Of a stretch of DNA of 64,000 nucleotides, positions 1-10,127 are shown piece after piece. Within the stretch, counting starts at the first letter, position 1; each line of letters opens with the position of its first letter. A program made the translations under genes and the position numbers. The notes below the pieces were generated by a model. That model had not been told where the DNA came from. It did no database searches and saw nothing but the letters and a program-made list of their open reading frames with translations. The stretch comes from Kiritimatiellia bacterium. GTDB taxonomy: Bacteria; Verrucomicrobiota; Kiritimatiellia; JAAZAB01. The DNA is taken from positions 32,001 to 96,000 of the forward strand of contig JAXGPF010000006.1 of assembly GCA_040767085.1 (NCBI GenBank), in the 5' to 3' direction.

Positions 1-785
1 CCGACCTGCTCCGCCAGGGAAACGGAGCCATCGCCGAAAACCGCCGCGCCCAGGCATTGGCGCGCTTCCCGCACGGTCCGGTCCAGCGCCGCGCGGGCCG
101 CCGCGGCATCCGGGAAGTCGGCGCGCACGCGCACGCTGACAATGCCGTTTCCCACCGTCGTGCCCACCAGGGGATTGCGGTCGCGGCGCATCAGGCCGCC
201 GAGCATCTCCGCCACCAGCGACTCTCCCACGCCGAAGGTATCCAGTTGCGCGGTCAAAATCACCCGGCCGGCCTGCGCGCGCAGGCGCGGCGCAAGGTGT
301 AAGTGGAACATCGCCCGCATCTCGGACGGCACGCCGGGGACCACGTAAATTTCGGCCTGGCCCAGCCGCGCATGGATACCGGGCGCCGTGCCGGCGGGAT
401 TCTCCAGGGACTCCGCGCCGCGCGGGAGCATGGCTTGCGCGAGATTGCCCGCCGGCATATCCCAGCCGCGGGCGCGGAAGAATTGTTCAAGTTTTGCCAG
501 GGCGGGCGGATGGATTTCCAAAGGCGCGCCCAGTACATCCGCGAGCGCGTCCCGGGTCAGGTCGTCGGGCGTCGGCCCCAGCCCGCCGGTGGCGATGATC
601 AATTCCGCCGCGTCCGCCGCGCCCCGCAGGGCGGCGGCAATGGCGGCGCGGTCATCCGGCACGGTCTGGCGCCAGGCCGTCATGACGCCGCATTCCGCGA
701 GGCGGGCGCCCAGCCACCCGGCGTTGGTATCGGCCACCTGGCCGAGGATCAATTCATCGCCGATGGAAAGAATAATCGTACGCAT
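1..785 (-). CDS. cinA: Competence/damage-inducible protein CinA (3' end runs off the window)
   Basis: Not in the ORF track. Manual translation from ATG at 785 gives MRTIILSIGDELILGQVADTNAGWL...TGGLGPTPDDLTRDA...NPAGTAPG...PGVPSEM, typical MoCF-like CinA motifs. Start overlaps the upstream stop (TAATG). Confidence 0.93.
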   Translation of the reverse strand, partial: MRTIILSIGDELILGQVADTNAGWLGARLAECGVMTAWRQTVPDDRAAIAAALRGAADAAELIIATGGLGPTPDDLTRDALADVLGAPLEIHPPALAKLEQFFRARGWDMPAGNLAQAMLPRGAESLENPAGTAPGIHARLGQAEIYVVPGVPSEMRAMFHLHLAPRLRAQAGRVILTAQLDTFGVGESLVAEMLGGLMRRDRNPLVGTTVGNGIVSVRVRADFPDAAAARAALDRTVREARQCLGAAVFGDGSVSLAEQV

Positions 786-2209
786 TACCGGAGCTCCAAC
801 ACGCGCCAGGCCGTCCAGTCCATCGGCAAATCGTCCACGAAGGTGCGGGCGCATACCAGCGCCCGTTCGGGATGGCCGGCCGCCGCCAGCGGGATGGACA
901 CGATCAGCCGGGGCGGGCGGCGCTCCACGGTCACGGTCCCGCGCGCCACCGGCTGAGCGCCATCCAGGCATTCCCAACGGGTGGCGCCGATGCGCACATG
1001 CAGTTTCGGCATGCGCGCGAAGGGAGTATCGGCGCGGTACCCGCAGCAGAACACCGCGGCCTGGGAGACGCCGGCCAGCGGCCGGCGGCAATCCACCGTC
1101 AACTGCAAAACTCCGTTGGTCACCGCGGCGGAACATTTTTCGATGCCCACAAATTCATCGCTCCCGCCGCCGGCCAGCGGGAGGGGCGCTTCATCCGCCT
1201 CCGCATCGGCGTCCAGGATGGCCGGGGCGGATGCCGCCAGGCGCACCGGCGGCAAGTCGCCGAACAACTCGGTGCTGCGCGCGAACGTATCGAGGAATTT
1301 CGCGCTGTAGGCATACTGGGAAGCATGCGCCTGGAGGGCGCGCCGCTTGCCGTCCGCCAGGCCGGCCGGCAGGTAAAAGGCAGTCCAGGCCGCGGCGGGG
1401 AGCAAATCCGGCGGCGGCAGCATGGGCGCGTCCGGATGGTAACCGCGTGGCAGCGGCCATTTTTTGAAATGCACCAGGTAGGGCAGCAGCCGGGGCTGGA
1501 CTTCTTCCCGCAGGTTCCACAGCGCCACGCGGGTGAAGGCATAGAGTGCGCGATGGTCGGGGTTGAAATCCGCGGGATGGGCCGTGAGCAGCAGCGTCGG
1601 CCGGAATTCGCGCACCAGCGTTTCCAGGTCCCGCAGGATTTCATCGCCGCGGTACGCGGCGCCGGGACGGAAAGCGTCGGCATAACTTACCGCCCGCACG
1701 CGGGTCAGCATGCTGCGGAAAGGCAGGGCGTCGCCCCAGTGGCGTTCCCAGATATCCAGCGTGCCGAAATCGGGATACCCCAGGAACACCAGGTGCTCCG
1801 GCGTCAATCCCAGCGCCGCGGCGGCATGCTGGGCCTCGCCGTGGCGCACTTCGCCCATGCGCCGCACGTCCGAGGGCGCCACCACCGGCCGTTTGCGGTA
1901 CAGCATGAACGACAATTCGTTGTTGTCGCCGTAAGTCAAAAAAACCACCCGGACCGGCAGCTTGCGCGCCAGCGCCTCCTGCAGCAGGCCGCCCGCGGAC
2001 AAGGCTTCATCGTCCGGGTGCGGCGCCAGCACCATGATGCGGTCGGCATCCTGCAAGGCCAGGGGCGCCGGCGCGAAGGCGTCGGGCGGCTCCGCCGCGG
2101 CCGGCGCCGGACCGGACGGCAGCCGGCAACCGGCGAGGGCCAGGCAGCAAACGGCCAGCCCGACCCAGGCGTGGCGCAGGCCGGCAAACGACTTTTGATT
2201 TAATTGCAT
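785..2209 (-). CDS. PIG-L/LmbE-family deacetylase, probable lipoprotein
   Basis: APHPDDE and HPADFNPDH zinc motifs; N-terminal hydrophobic stretch with lipobox-like LAGC; C-terminal extension of unknown function. Confidence 0.85.
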   Translation of the reverse strand: MQLNQKSFAGLRHAWVGLAVCCLALAGCRLPSGPAPAAAEPPDAFAPAPLALQDADRIMVLAPHPDDEALSAGGLLQEALARKLPVRVVFLTYGDNNELSFMLYRKRPVVAPSDVRRMGEVRHGEAQHAAAALGLTPEHLVFLGYPDFGTLDIWERHWGDALPFRSMLTRVRAVSYADAFRPGAAYRGDEILRDLETLVREFRPTLLLTAHPADFNPDHRALYAFTRVALWNLREEVQPRLLPYLVHFKKWPLPRGYHPDAPMLPPPDLLPAAAWTAFYLPAGLADGKRRALQAHASQYAYSAKFLDTFARSTELFGDLPPVRLAASAPAILDADAEADEAPLPLAGGGSDEFVGIEKCSAAVTNGVLQLTVDCRRPLAGVSQAAVFCCGYRADTPFARMPKLHVRIGATRWECLDGAQPVARGTVTVERRPPRLIVSIPLAAAGHPERALVCARTFVDDLPMDWTAWRVLELR

Positions 2210-2287
2210 GATCTTCCTGTATGAAAGTTACAAGGCGGCCTGCGGCCACAGTCCGGCAGCCGCCGGACTGCCGTCGCAAAGACCGAG

Positions 2288-2352
2288 CCAATACCAACCT
2301 CAAACAACCGTTGAACCTGATTCAACCTCTGGCAACCCTGAATCCCAAACAC
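2288..2352. repeat. Partial copy of dispersed modular element (CAACCGTTGAACCTGATTCAACCTC core)
   Basis: Near-identical to 56336-56390 and 10062-10120. Confidence 0.75.
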
Positions 2353-2355
2353 TTG

Positions 2356-2994
2356 TCATAACCAGCGCGCCATTCCGACGGAATACAGCAAGGTCCGCTC
2401 ATCGCGCCACAGCCATGGGCAACGGCCGAGTTCCCGAAAGCCCGCCCGCGCAAAAAATGCCAGGGCGCCGGCGTTGTCCGCCCGCACCCAGGCGTGCAGA
2501 CCGGGCGCGCCGGCGGCGCGCGCCTGTTCCATAAACGCCGTCAGCAAGCGGCCTCCCACCCCGCAACCGCGCGCTGCGGCGTCGAGATTGATATGCAACT
2601 GGGCCGGGTAAGCCCGCAAATCCACCACGGCTGCCCGCCGCGGGCCGGCCAGCAACCGCCGGTTATGCCATGCCAGCCGCCACAGCGGCCGGCGCCACAA
2701 CAGGCCGGCAGCCACAGCCCGGCCGAAGACCGCCGGCCAAATCCGGCGCGCCATGACCTGCTGCGCCCGGCGAGTGTCCAGCATGCCGGCCAGGTAACCG
2801 GCCGCCCGGCCGTCCCGCTCCGCTATCCACAAGCTCTGCGGTTCGCAATCGGTATGGTAGCGGATCAGCAGGTCGGCCAGCAATTCCCGCGCGCCGTCGA
2901 ATAATGCCAGCGGCCGGCCGGCATCCGCCGTTTCGCAGCTAATCCGGCGCACCGCCGCGCGGTCAGCCGGTTCATAATGACGGATTGCAATCAT
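2356..2994 (-). CDS. GNAT-family N-acetyltransferase
   Basis: QLHINLDAAARGCGVGGRLL acetyl-CoA motif and NAGALAFFARAGF; start taken at MIAIRHYE (ORF extends to 3033). Confidence 0.85.
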   Translation of the reverse strand: MIAIRHYEPADRAAVRRISCETADAGRPLALFDGARELLADLLIRYHTDCEPQSLWIAERDGRAAGYLAGMLDTRRAQQVMARRIWPAVFGRAVAAGLLWRRPLWRLAWHNRRLLAGPRRAAVVDLRAYPAQLHINLDAAARGCGVGGRLLTAFMEQARAAGAPGLHAWVRADNAGALAFFARAGFRELGRCPWLWRDERTLLYSVGMARWL

Positions 2995-3162
2995 GCGGCG
3001 GCGGCAGCGGCAAATCATGCCGCCTTGCAGCATGCTGACCGCCGATTCCTAGCATGATTCTAACAATCCGGCCCGACGTGTCAACGAATTTACATTTACA
3101 ATAAAACGCGGCGGGCGGCGTTATATTGATTGAAGTGTTTTATACTGGGGGGGTATCGGAAC

Positions 3163-3669
3163 ATGCAAAACTCATGCGGCAAGCGGCAAATCCTGACGGG
3201 CCTACTGGCCGGCGCGTTGGCAGCAACGCTGTGGGCGGGGGGCAACGGCGGGACCGCGGCCCGCCAGGCCGACCGGACGCGGCTCGAACATCTGGCGCAG
3301 GAACTGGAACTGACTCCGGCCCAGACTGGCGCCCTGCAGCGGCATTTGCAGGACAAGTGCGCCAAGTTCACCGAACTCTACAAAGCGCGGGCCAGCCTGA
3401 AAGCCGAACTGGACAACCTCTTCGCCGCGGCCGAGCCGGATGCGCAGGCCATTGCGGCAGCCGGGGACCGGCTGGCCGGCATTAACGCAGAAATCACCCG
3501 GCAGCAGGTCCAGGCCCGCCTGGCTGTACGCGGCATGCTGACGCCGGATCAACAGGCGCGCTGGCGGCGCATGCGCCAGCGGATGCTGCAACGCCAGGCC
3601 GGGAAAAACCGGCCAGGGCGCCAGGCGCCAAACTCCGGCGGCGGCCATCATGAGACGCCGGCGGAATGA
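3163..3669 (+). CDS. Spy/CpxP-like periplasmic protein
   Basis: Signal peptide, LELTPAQ and MLTPDQQARW (LTxxQ) motifs, helical. Confidence 0.8.
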   Translation: MQNSCGKRQILTGLLAGALAATLWAGGNGGTAARQADRTRLEHLAQELELTPAQTGALQRHLQDKCAKFTELYKARASLKAELDNLFAAAEPDAQAIAAAGDRLAGINAEITRQQVQARLAVRGMLTPDQQARWRRMRQRMLQRQAGKNRPGRQAPNSGGGHHETPAE

Positions 3670-3714
3670 TCCGCTGGCGGGACGCGCCAGGCGCCTTGCC
3701 GCTGCACGCCCGGC

Positions 3715-4782
3715 TCAAGGGGTCCAGAGATACATGATGCGCGGCTGCCGTTGTCCCAAGGCCGCCGGGAGGCGGATGGCCGGCGCCGGATAAGACAGGC
3801 GGGCCAGAAACCGGGCCAGCCCGCGCGGCTGCTCATAGCGCACAACCCGGACCTCCTCGGCGCCCAGCAACTCCCGCGCCTTGGCCAGGGCGTCGCCCCA
3901 ATATCCGACCTGGTCAATCATACCGCCGGCGGCGGCCTGGCGGGCGGAAAAGACCCGGCCGTCGGTCAACTGGTCCAGTGCCGCCGGCGCAACCTGCAAA
4001 CGCTTTTGCACAACGTTGACGAAACGACCATGCATTTCGTCCAGGATATCCTGAAAGATGGCCAGGTGTTCCGGCTGCACCGGCCGGAAAGGGTTCAACA
4101 AATCCTTGTTGTCGCCCGCCGTGATGGTGACGTCGCGAACGCCGATTTTATCGCTCAATTCCTTCCAGTTCAAGGTCTGCATGATCACCCCGATCGAGCC
4201 GACGATGGCGGTCGGCTCGGCGACAATCCAATCCGAAGCCATGGCGATGTAATAACCGCCGGAAGCGGCCAGGTCGCGCACATGCACCACCACCCGGCGG
4301 CCATCATCCGAGGCGCGGAAATCCTGCAAGGCCTGGTAAATTTCGTCCGTAGGCGTCATCACCCCGCCGGGTGAATCCAATTCCAGGAGGATGGCCCGCA
4401 CGGCGCGATCCTGCCGGGCGGCGCGAATTTGCTGCAGCAATTGCTCGACGGGATCCAGTCCGGCGTCCCAGATCCCGCCGTCGGCATCCCGGGAGATGAT
4501 GCCCGTCAGCGCCAGGCGCACCGCTTTCACGTCGCCATCGCCGTAAGACCAGATTTCCTCGAAATCGGGAAATTCATCCGCCGCGCGGCTGGATCCGTCG
4601 GACCGGCCGGCGAACAGCGGGCCCGACGACAGCGCCAGGTTGGCAATCGCGCTGAGAAGCAGCAAAACCGCCAACACCATGGTGACGATCCAGCAACCGG
4701 ACCGCGGCGCCGGGCGCGGGCGTTCGGCTGGCAGCGGTGGCGGCATGGTAGCTGGGGCAGACGTTGGGCTTTCCGTGGACAT
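3715..4782 (-). CDS. sppA: Signal peptide peptidase SppA (S49)
   Basis: N-terminal TM segment, LDSPGG, AASGGYYIA, GSIGV, TDGRVFSARQA; start placed at MSTESP. Confidence 0.92.
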   Translation of the reverse strand: MSTESPTSAPATMPPPLPAERPRPAPRSGCWIVTMVLAVLLLLSAIANLALSSGPLFAGRSDGSSRAADEFPDFEEIWSYGDGDVKAVRLALTGIISRDADGGIWDAGLDPVEQLLQQIRAARQDRAVRAILLELDSPGGVMTPTDEIYQALQDFRASDDGRRVVVHVRDLAASGGYYIAMASDWIVAEPTAIVGSIGVIMQTLNWKELSDKIGVRDVTITAGDNKDLLNPFRPVQPEHLAIFQDILDEMHGRFVNVVQKRLQVAPAALDQLTDGRVFSARQAAAGGMIDQVGYWGDALAKARELLGAEEVRVVRYEQPRGLARFLARLSYPAPAIRLPAALGQRQPRIMYLWTP

Positions 4783-4996
4783 GGCTGACTTATACCCCAT
4801 CGGCCGGGCCGCGCCAAGAACAAAAAACTGGATTTTTTGCTGGCGCGCCGCTATGATGTTCCGCATTCGGCGATTTTCCCACGGCCGCGCCCGGGGCGCC
4901 GTATCGTATGGATTTTGCGCGGCGACAGGCTTCGCCTGAATTTTGACCAAAACCGCCCACCGTGCAAAATCGGACATAATCGAAAGAACGCCGCAA

Positions 4997-6319
4997 ATGC
5001 AAAAGTGTTCCCGCGAGGATCAATTCCACCCCGCCAGCGCGCTCGATTTCCTGTCGATCCCGCAATTGCGCAACCTCCAATTACACCGGCTGCGCGCGAT
5101 CGTGGAGCGGGCATACGCCAACGTGCCGCTGTTCCGGCAGCGCATGCTGGAACGCAAACTGCCGCCCGACGACCTGCGTTCGCTGACGGACATCGCGCAT
5201 TTGCCGTTCACGGTCAAAGCCGATTTGCGGGATAACTATCCCTTCGGGCTGTTTGCCAGCCCGATGGAGGAAATTGTCCGGCTGCACGCCTCCAGCGGCA
5301 CTACGGGCAAGCCGATCGTCGTGGCCTACACGCGCGCGGACCTGGAAGTCTGGAGCAGCGTCATGCTGCGCTCCTTCGCGGCCTGCGGCCTGCATGCCGG
5401 CGACGTGATTCAAAACGCCTACGGCTACGGTCTGTTCACCGGCGGGCTGGGCGCGCATTACGGCGCCGAGGCCCTGGGCGCCACCGTCATTCCCATCTCC
5501 GGCGGCAACACCGACCGCCAGATCATGGTGCTGAAGGACTTCGGCGTCACGGCCATCTGCTGCACACCGAGCTATTTCCTGCACCTGGCGGAACGCGCGG
5601 AGGAACAGGGCGTCAACCTGCGCGACTTGCCGCTCCGGGCGGGCGTCTTCGGGGCCGAGCCCTGGACCGAGGCCATGCGCAACCGCATCGAGGCCATGAC
5701 CGGCATCCGCGCCTACGATATCTACGGCCTCTCGGAAATCATCGGCCCCGGCATAGGCATCGAATGCAAGGAACATAACGGCCTGCACATTTTCGAGGAC
5801 CATTTTTACCCCGAGATTGTGGATCCGGAGAACGGCATGGCGCTGCCCGACGGCCAGGAAGGCGAACTGGTGTTGACCACCCTGAGCAAGCAGGCCATGC
5901 CCATGATCCGCTACCGCACGCGCGACATCACCACCCTCGTCACCGAATCCTGCCCCTGCGGCCGCACCATTCGCCGCATCCGCCGCATCTCGCGCCGCAG
6001 CGACGACATGTTCATCATCCGCGGCGTCAACGTTTTCCCATCGCAGGTGGAGACCGCGCTGCTGACGCTGGAGGGCACCCTGCCGCATTACCAGATCGTC
6101 CTGACGCGGGAAAAAGGGCTGGACCGGATGGAGGTCCAGGTGGAGGTCACGCCGGAAATTTTCAGCGACCGCATCGGCGCGATGGAGAACCTGCGCCGCA
6201 AGCTGGTCAAGGCGCTGGAGCAGGTCTTGAACATCCGGGTGGAAGTGCGCCTGGCGGAACCGCACACCATCCCCCGCAGCGAGGGCAAGGCCCGGCGCGT
6301 GCTGGACCGCCGCGAATAA
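4997..6319 (+). CDS. paaK: Phenylacetate-CoA ligase (PaaK/PaaF family), copy 1
   Basis: HASSGTTGKP, YGYGLFTGGLG, YGLSEIIGPG, RYRTRD, RSDDMFIIRGVNVFPSQ. Confidence 0.92.
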   Translation: MQKCSREDQFHPASALDFLSIPQLRNLQLHRLRAIVERAYANVPLFRQRMLERKLPPDDLRSLTDIAHLPFTVKADLRDNYPFGLFASPMEEIVRLHASSGTTGKPIVVAYTRADLEVWSSVMLRSFAACGLHAGDVIQNAYGYGLFTGGLGAHYGAEALGATVIPISGGNTDRQIMVLKDFGVTAICCTPSYFLHLAERAEEQGVNLRDLPLRAGVFGAEPWTEAMRNRIEAMTGIRAYDIYGLSEIIGPGIGIECKEHNGLHIFEDHFYPEIVDPENGMALPDGQEGELVLTTLSKQAMPMIRYRTRDITTLVTESCPCGRTIRRIRRISRRSDDMFIIRGVNVFPSQVETALLTLEGTLPHYQIVLTREKGLDRMEVQVEVTPEIFSDRIGAMENLRRKLVKALEQVLNIRVEVRLAEPHTIPRSEGKARRVLDRRE

Positions 6320-6394
6320 AGCCAGCCGGGGCGGTCCGCGGCGGCGCGGGCCGGCGCCGGAAGGGAACAGGTCAAACCAACGCAGGGAGGCAAC

Positions 6395-6835
6395 ATGAAA
6401 ATCAAGCAACTATCGGTCTTTCTGGAAAACAAGCCCGGCCAGCTTTCCATTCCGTGCCAGGCGCTGGCCGCCGCCGGGGTCAACATCATCACCATGTCGC
6501 TGGCCGACACCCAGCAATTCGGCATCCTGCGCCTGGTGGTTGGCGAGTGGGAACGCGCGCGCGACCTGCTGGAGCAGGCCGGGTGCGTGGTGAAAGTGAC
6601 CGAAGTGATGGCGTTGGAAGTGCCGGACCGGCCGGGCGGGCTGGCGGAGGTGGTGGCGGTGCTCGACCGCGCCCGCATCAATATTGAATACATGTACGCC
6701 TTCGCCTTCGGACGGGGCAACAAGGCGGTGATCGTGTTCCGCTTTGAAGATGTGGATGCCGCCCTGGAAGCCTTGCGGAAGGAGGGGGTGGGCATCCTGG
6801 ATTCCGCCGCCCTAGCCCAGCTGTCCGCCCACTGA
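6395..6835 (+). CDS. Tandem ACT-domain protein
   Basis: KQLSVFLENKPGQL...DRPGGL...NIEYMYAF, the usual paaK-associated ACT protein; GGAGG RBS upstream. Confidence 0.9.
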   Translation: MKIKQLSVFLENKPGQLSIPCQALAAAGVNIITMSLADTQQFGILRLVVGEWERARDLLEQAGCVVKVTEVMALEVPDRPGGLAEVVAVLDRARINIEYMYAFAFGRGNKAVIVFRFEDVDAALEALRKEGVGILDSAALAQLSAH

Positions 6836-6848
6836 AAAGAACCTTACT

Positions 6849-8189
6849 ATGCCTGCCGCCAAGGATCAGCCGTTTGAAAATCGTCTGTGGTCCATGGACG
6901 AAGCCATGCCCCGCACCCGGCTGCGGGAGCTGCAGTTGCACCGCCTGCGCGAGTGCGTCGCGCGCGCCGCCCAGGTGCCGTTTTACCGCGCTGCCCTGGC
7001 CGCCGCGGGGGTAAGCCCCGGCGACATCCGTTCGCTGGATGATGCGCGCCGCCTGCCCTTCACCACCAAGGAAGACCTGCGCCGCACTTATCCCTTCGGC
7101 CTCCTGGCCGTGCCGCGTTCCAAACTGGCGCGCCTGCACGGTTCGTCCGGCACAACCGGCAAGCCCACCATCGTCGCCTATACCGCCGAGGATCTCGACA
7201 ACTGGTCCAATCTCTGCGCCCGGTTCCTGGTAGCCGGCGGGTTGCGCCCGGAACACCTGGTGCATATTGCCTTCGGCTACGGCTTGTTTACCGGCGGCTT
7301 CGGCCTGCACTACGGCGTGGAAAAAGTCGGCGCCGCCGTGCTGCCCGTCTCGGCCGGCAACACGCAGCGCCAGGTGATGCTGCTGGCGGACTTGCAGGCG
7401 GACGTCCTGATCTGCACGCCCAGTTACGCCTTGAACATCGCCGAAGTCGCCGTCCAGGAAGGGCTGGACCCCCGGGCGCTGCGCCTGAGCTTCGGCCATT
7501 TCGGCGGCGAACCCTGGACGGAAGACATGCGTTGCCGGATCGAACTGGAACTCGGCTTGCTGGCTTTCAACAATTACGGCTTGAGCGAGGTCCTGGGCCC
7601 GGGCGTCAGCGGGGAATGTTACCGGCGCGACGGCATGCACATCCAGGAAGACCATTTCCTGGTGGAATGCCTGGATCCCGAGACCCTGGAGCCGGCGCCC
7701 CGCGGCGCGCCGGGCGAACTGGTCATCACCTCGCTGACCAAGCAGGCCATGCCATTGCTGCGCTACCGCACGCGCGACATCACCATCCTGAACGACGAAC
7801 CCTGCGCCTGCGGCCGCACCGGCGCGCGCATGGGCCGGATCATCGGCCGGTCGGACGACATGCTGATCATCCGGGGCGTCAACGTTTTTCCCTCGCAGAT
7901 CGAAGAAGCCCTGCTGCGGGTGGACGGCACCGCGCCGCATTACCTGATCGAAGTGGACCGGCCGGGCAACCTGGACGAAATCACCGTGCGGGTGGAAATG
8001 CGGCCGGAGAAGTTCACCGACAGTTTCGCGGCCCTGGAAAAGCTGCGCCGGGACATTGTCCATGAAATTTACGCCATCACCAGCATTCACGCCAACGTGG
8101 AACTGGTCAAGCCGCAAACCCTGGAACGTTCGCCCGGCAAGGCCCGCCGGGTGCACGACCGGCGCCGGGAGCCCGGGCGCAGCGGTTAA
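6849..8189 (+). CDS. paaK: Phenylacetate-CoA ligase (PaaK/PaaF family), copy 2
   Basis: HGSSGTTGKP, FGYGLFTGGFG, YGLSEVLGPG, GRSDDMLIIRGVNVFPSQ. Confidence 0.92.
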   Translation: MPAAKDQPFENRLWSMDEAMPRTRLRELQLHRLRECVARAAQVPFYRAALAAAGVSPGDIRSLDDARRLPFTTKEDLRRTYPFGLLAVPRSKLARLHGSSGTTGKPTIVAYTAEDLDNWSNLCARFLVAGGLRPEHLVHIAFGYGLFTGGFGLHYGVEKVGAAVLPVSAGNTQRQVMLLADLQADVLICTPSYALNIAEVAVQEGLDPRALRLSFGHFGGEPWTEDMRCRIELELGLLAFNNYGLSEVLGPGVSGECYRRDGMHIQEDHFLVECLDPETLEPAPRGAPGELVITSLTKQAMPLLRYRTRDITILNDEPCACGRTGARMGRIIGRSDDMLIIRGVNVFPSQIEEALLRVDGTAPHYLIEVDRPGNLDEITVRVEMRPEKFTDSFAALEKLRRDIVHEIYAITSIHANVELVKPQTLERSPGKARRVHDRRREPGRSG

Positions 8190-8264
8190 ATCCGCCGGCG
8201 TCCGGAACGCCGCGGAGCAGCGGGAATCTGAAACACGGGAAACGTACGCCGGGAGCAACCAGCC

Positions 8265-10013
8265 ATGCCGCTCAAACCCACTCAAAACTCCGACGCCTAT
8301 GATTTGCAGCGCAAATCCTCGGCCATCACCCTCTCGGACATGGAAGTGTTCGTCTTCCCCGAGCTGATTTACAGCCTGCTGCTGGCCAATCTCATGTCGC
8401 CCCGCATCTGGCGCTGGCGCGATGACCCGTGGTTTAAAGGCCTGGCGCGCCTGAAACCCGGACGCCGCCTGCAGCGCCTGAAGCAGTTCATCATGGATCA
8501 TTACATCTTCAACCTCGATTTGAACACGTGGGGGCTGACCACCAAGGCCCGCGAAATGGCGCGGTTCAGCGATTTCCTGGATCCCGACGCCCTGCGCCAG
8601 TCCAACGCCCTCTTCGGTTACGAGGGTGACAAGTATTATTTCGACATTGACATCCGCTCCCACTTCGGGCTGGACCAGTATGACGGCGATGTCATCCCCT
8701 ACTGGAAGACGGAAACGGTGGAAGCCATGGACGCCTTCCGCCACCGGCCCGGTTACCAATCCGGCGCCGGCGAGTGCGTTTCCCTGGCCGTGCTGTACGC
8801 CGCCGCCATGTTTATCGTCTGCCGCGTGCCGCTGGAGAATATTTTTCTGATGGCCACCCCGCTGCATTCCCAGAACTTCGTGGACCTGGACGACGGCATC
8901 CTGACCAACAACCGCCGCCTGGTGACCAAGACCATGTGGTGCAACGGCACCGCGCTTTCCGCCCAGGCCCGCCGCGCCCTGGAACACGAGCGGGTGACGG
9001 TCGTGGCCCACGCCACCGGCTATATCCACACCCTGTTCTCCGCCGCCACGATCGACCCCGCCGCTTACACGCGTTTTTCCAACCGCCTGCGCGATTTCCT
9101 GCGCACGGAGCTGAATGTGGAAATCCTCGGCAATTTCCTGCGGCACAGCCGGGAATTCCAGCCTTGCTTCCAGTTGCGCTGGCCGTTGCACGGCCGGGAC
9201 CATTACATCTCCCTCGACCGGGCCTTCGCGTACGAACAGGATTCTCCGGCGCGCTTGACCGACGCCACCCGCAGCCGCCTGCTGGCGGAGGTGGACCTGG
9301 AGGAATTCCAGCCCCAGCCGCTGCCCAACCGTATCGTGCTCAACGATCTAGAGGATTTCGTGCGTTCCCGCCGCTTCGACTTCACCCGCCCGGCCGACCT
9401 GGAAGATTTGCGGCAACGCTTTGCGTCGGATTGCCTGAAAGCCGCCGTCGCCATTGAAAACCTCGTCAAATTCTGCCATGTCACCCCGCGCCTGCCCGAC
9501 CTGGCCGCCAAGCAGTGCGCGCCGACCCTGCCGCCGCTCGCACTGCATCCGGACATGCACCGCGAAGAATTGCTGGCGCGCCTGCAGTCGCTCCGCGCCA
9601 GCCATCCCGCCGTGGACCTGGCCTTCCATGCCTACCGCGATTTGAACGCGGCGGATGACCGCCCGTTTCTGCTGGCGGCGCTGGAACGCAATCCGGTGGT
9701 CCTGGCCGCCACGCAAGACATGACGGACGCGGCGCTGGCCGCGCAGATTGCCGCCCTGCCGGATGAATCAATTTACGACGAACCAGGCCGGCTGGCGCAG
9801 CCGGATGAAGTCTGGAATTTCAGCCGGGGCGACGGGGCGGAAAAGGCCATCCTGCTGGCCAACTGCCTGCGCGCCCGTCATCCCGGCGCGCCGCTGACGC
9901 TGCGGCTGGAGGGCAGCGCCGTCCGGTTGGACTGCGGCGGACAAACCTGGGAGTTTGCCACGTCCAAGCAACTGACACCACGGCAATGGGATCTGGGCAA
10001 TCCCGCGGGGTAA
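8265..10013 (+). CDS. Hypothetical protein with transglutaminase-like Cys motif
   Basis: 582-aa ORF with coding-like composition; GECVSLAVLYAAA...PLHSQNF, and a second degenerate GDGAEKAILLA near the C-terminus. Confidence 0.7.
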   Translation: MPLKPTQNSDAYDLQRKSSAITLSDMEVFVFPELIYSLLLANLMSPRIWRWRDDPWFKGLARLKPGRRLQRLKQFIMDHYIFNLDLNTWGLTTKAREMARFSDFLDPDALRQSNALFGYEGDKYYFDIDIRSHFGLDQYDGDVIPYWKTETVEAMDAFRHRPGYQSGAGECVSLAVLYAAAMFIVCRVPLENIFLMATPLHSQNFVDLDDGILTNNRRLVTKTMWCNGTALSAQARRALEHERVTVVAHATGYIHTLFSAATIDPAAYTRFSNRLRDFLRTELNVEILGNFLRHSREFQPCFQLRWPLHGRDHYISLDRAFAYEQDSPARLTDATRSRLLAEVDLEEFQPQPLPNRIVLNDLEDFVRSRRFDFTRPADLEDLRQRFASDCLKAAVAIENLVKFCHVTPRLPDLAAKQCAPTLPPLALHPDMHREELLARLQSLRASHPAVDLAFHAYRDLNAADDRPFLLAALERNPVVLAATQDMTDAALAAQIAALPDESIYDEPGRLAQPDEVWNFSRGDGAEKAILLANCLRARHPGAPLTLRLEGSAVRLDCGGQTWEFATSKQLTPRQWDLGNPAG

Positions 10014-10020
10014 ATGCGGG

Positions 10021-10122
10021 GGAAAGTTTTAAAGTGTTAAGGTTTTATGACCGAATCGATGCCAACCGCAAACAACCGTTGCACCTCATTCAACCTCTGG
10101 CAACCCTGAACGCTGAACACTC
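10021..10122. repeat. Copy of dispersed modular element (octamer tail plus CAACCGTTG core)
   Basis: aaagttttaaagtgttaaggttttat plus caaacaaccgttgcacctcattcaacctctggcaaccctgaac; matches 56200-56400. Confidence 0.7.
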
Positions 10123-10127
10123 TCCGA

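Noticed and set aside
6678-9203. 841-aa minus-strand ORF, and similar long antisense ORFs over paaK, pgi, mutS and tolB
   Set aside because: Overlap well-supported genes on the opposite strand and lack recognisable domains
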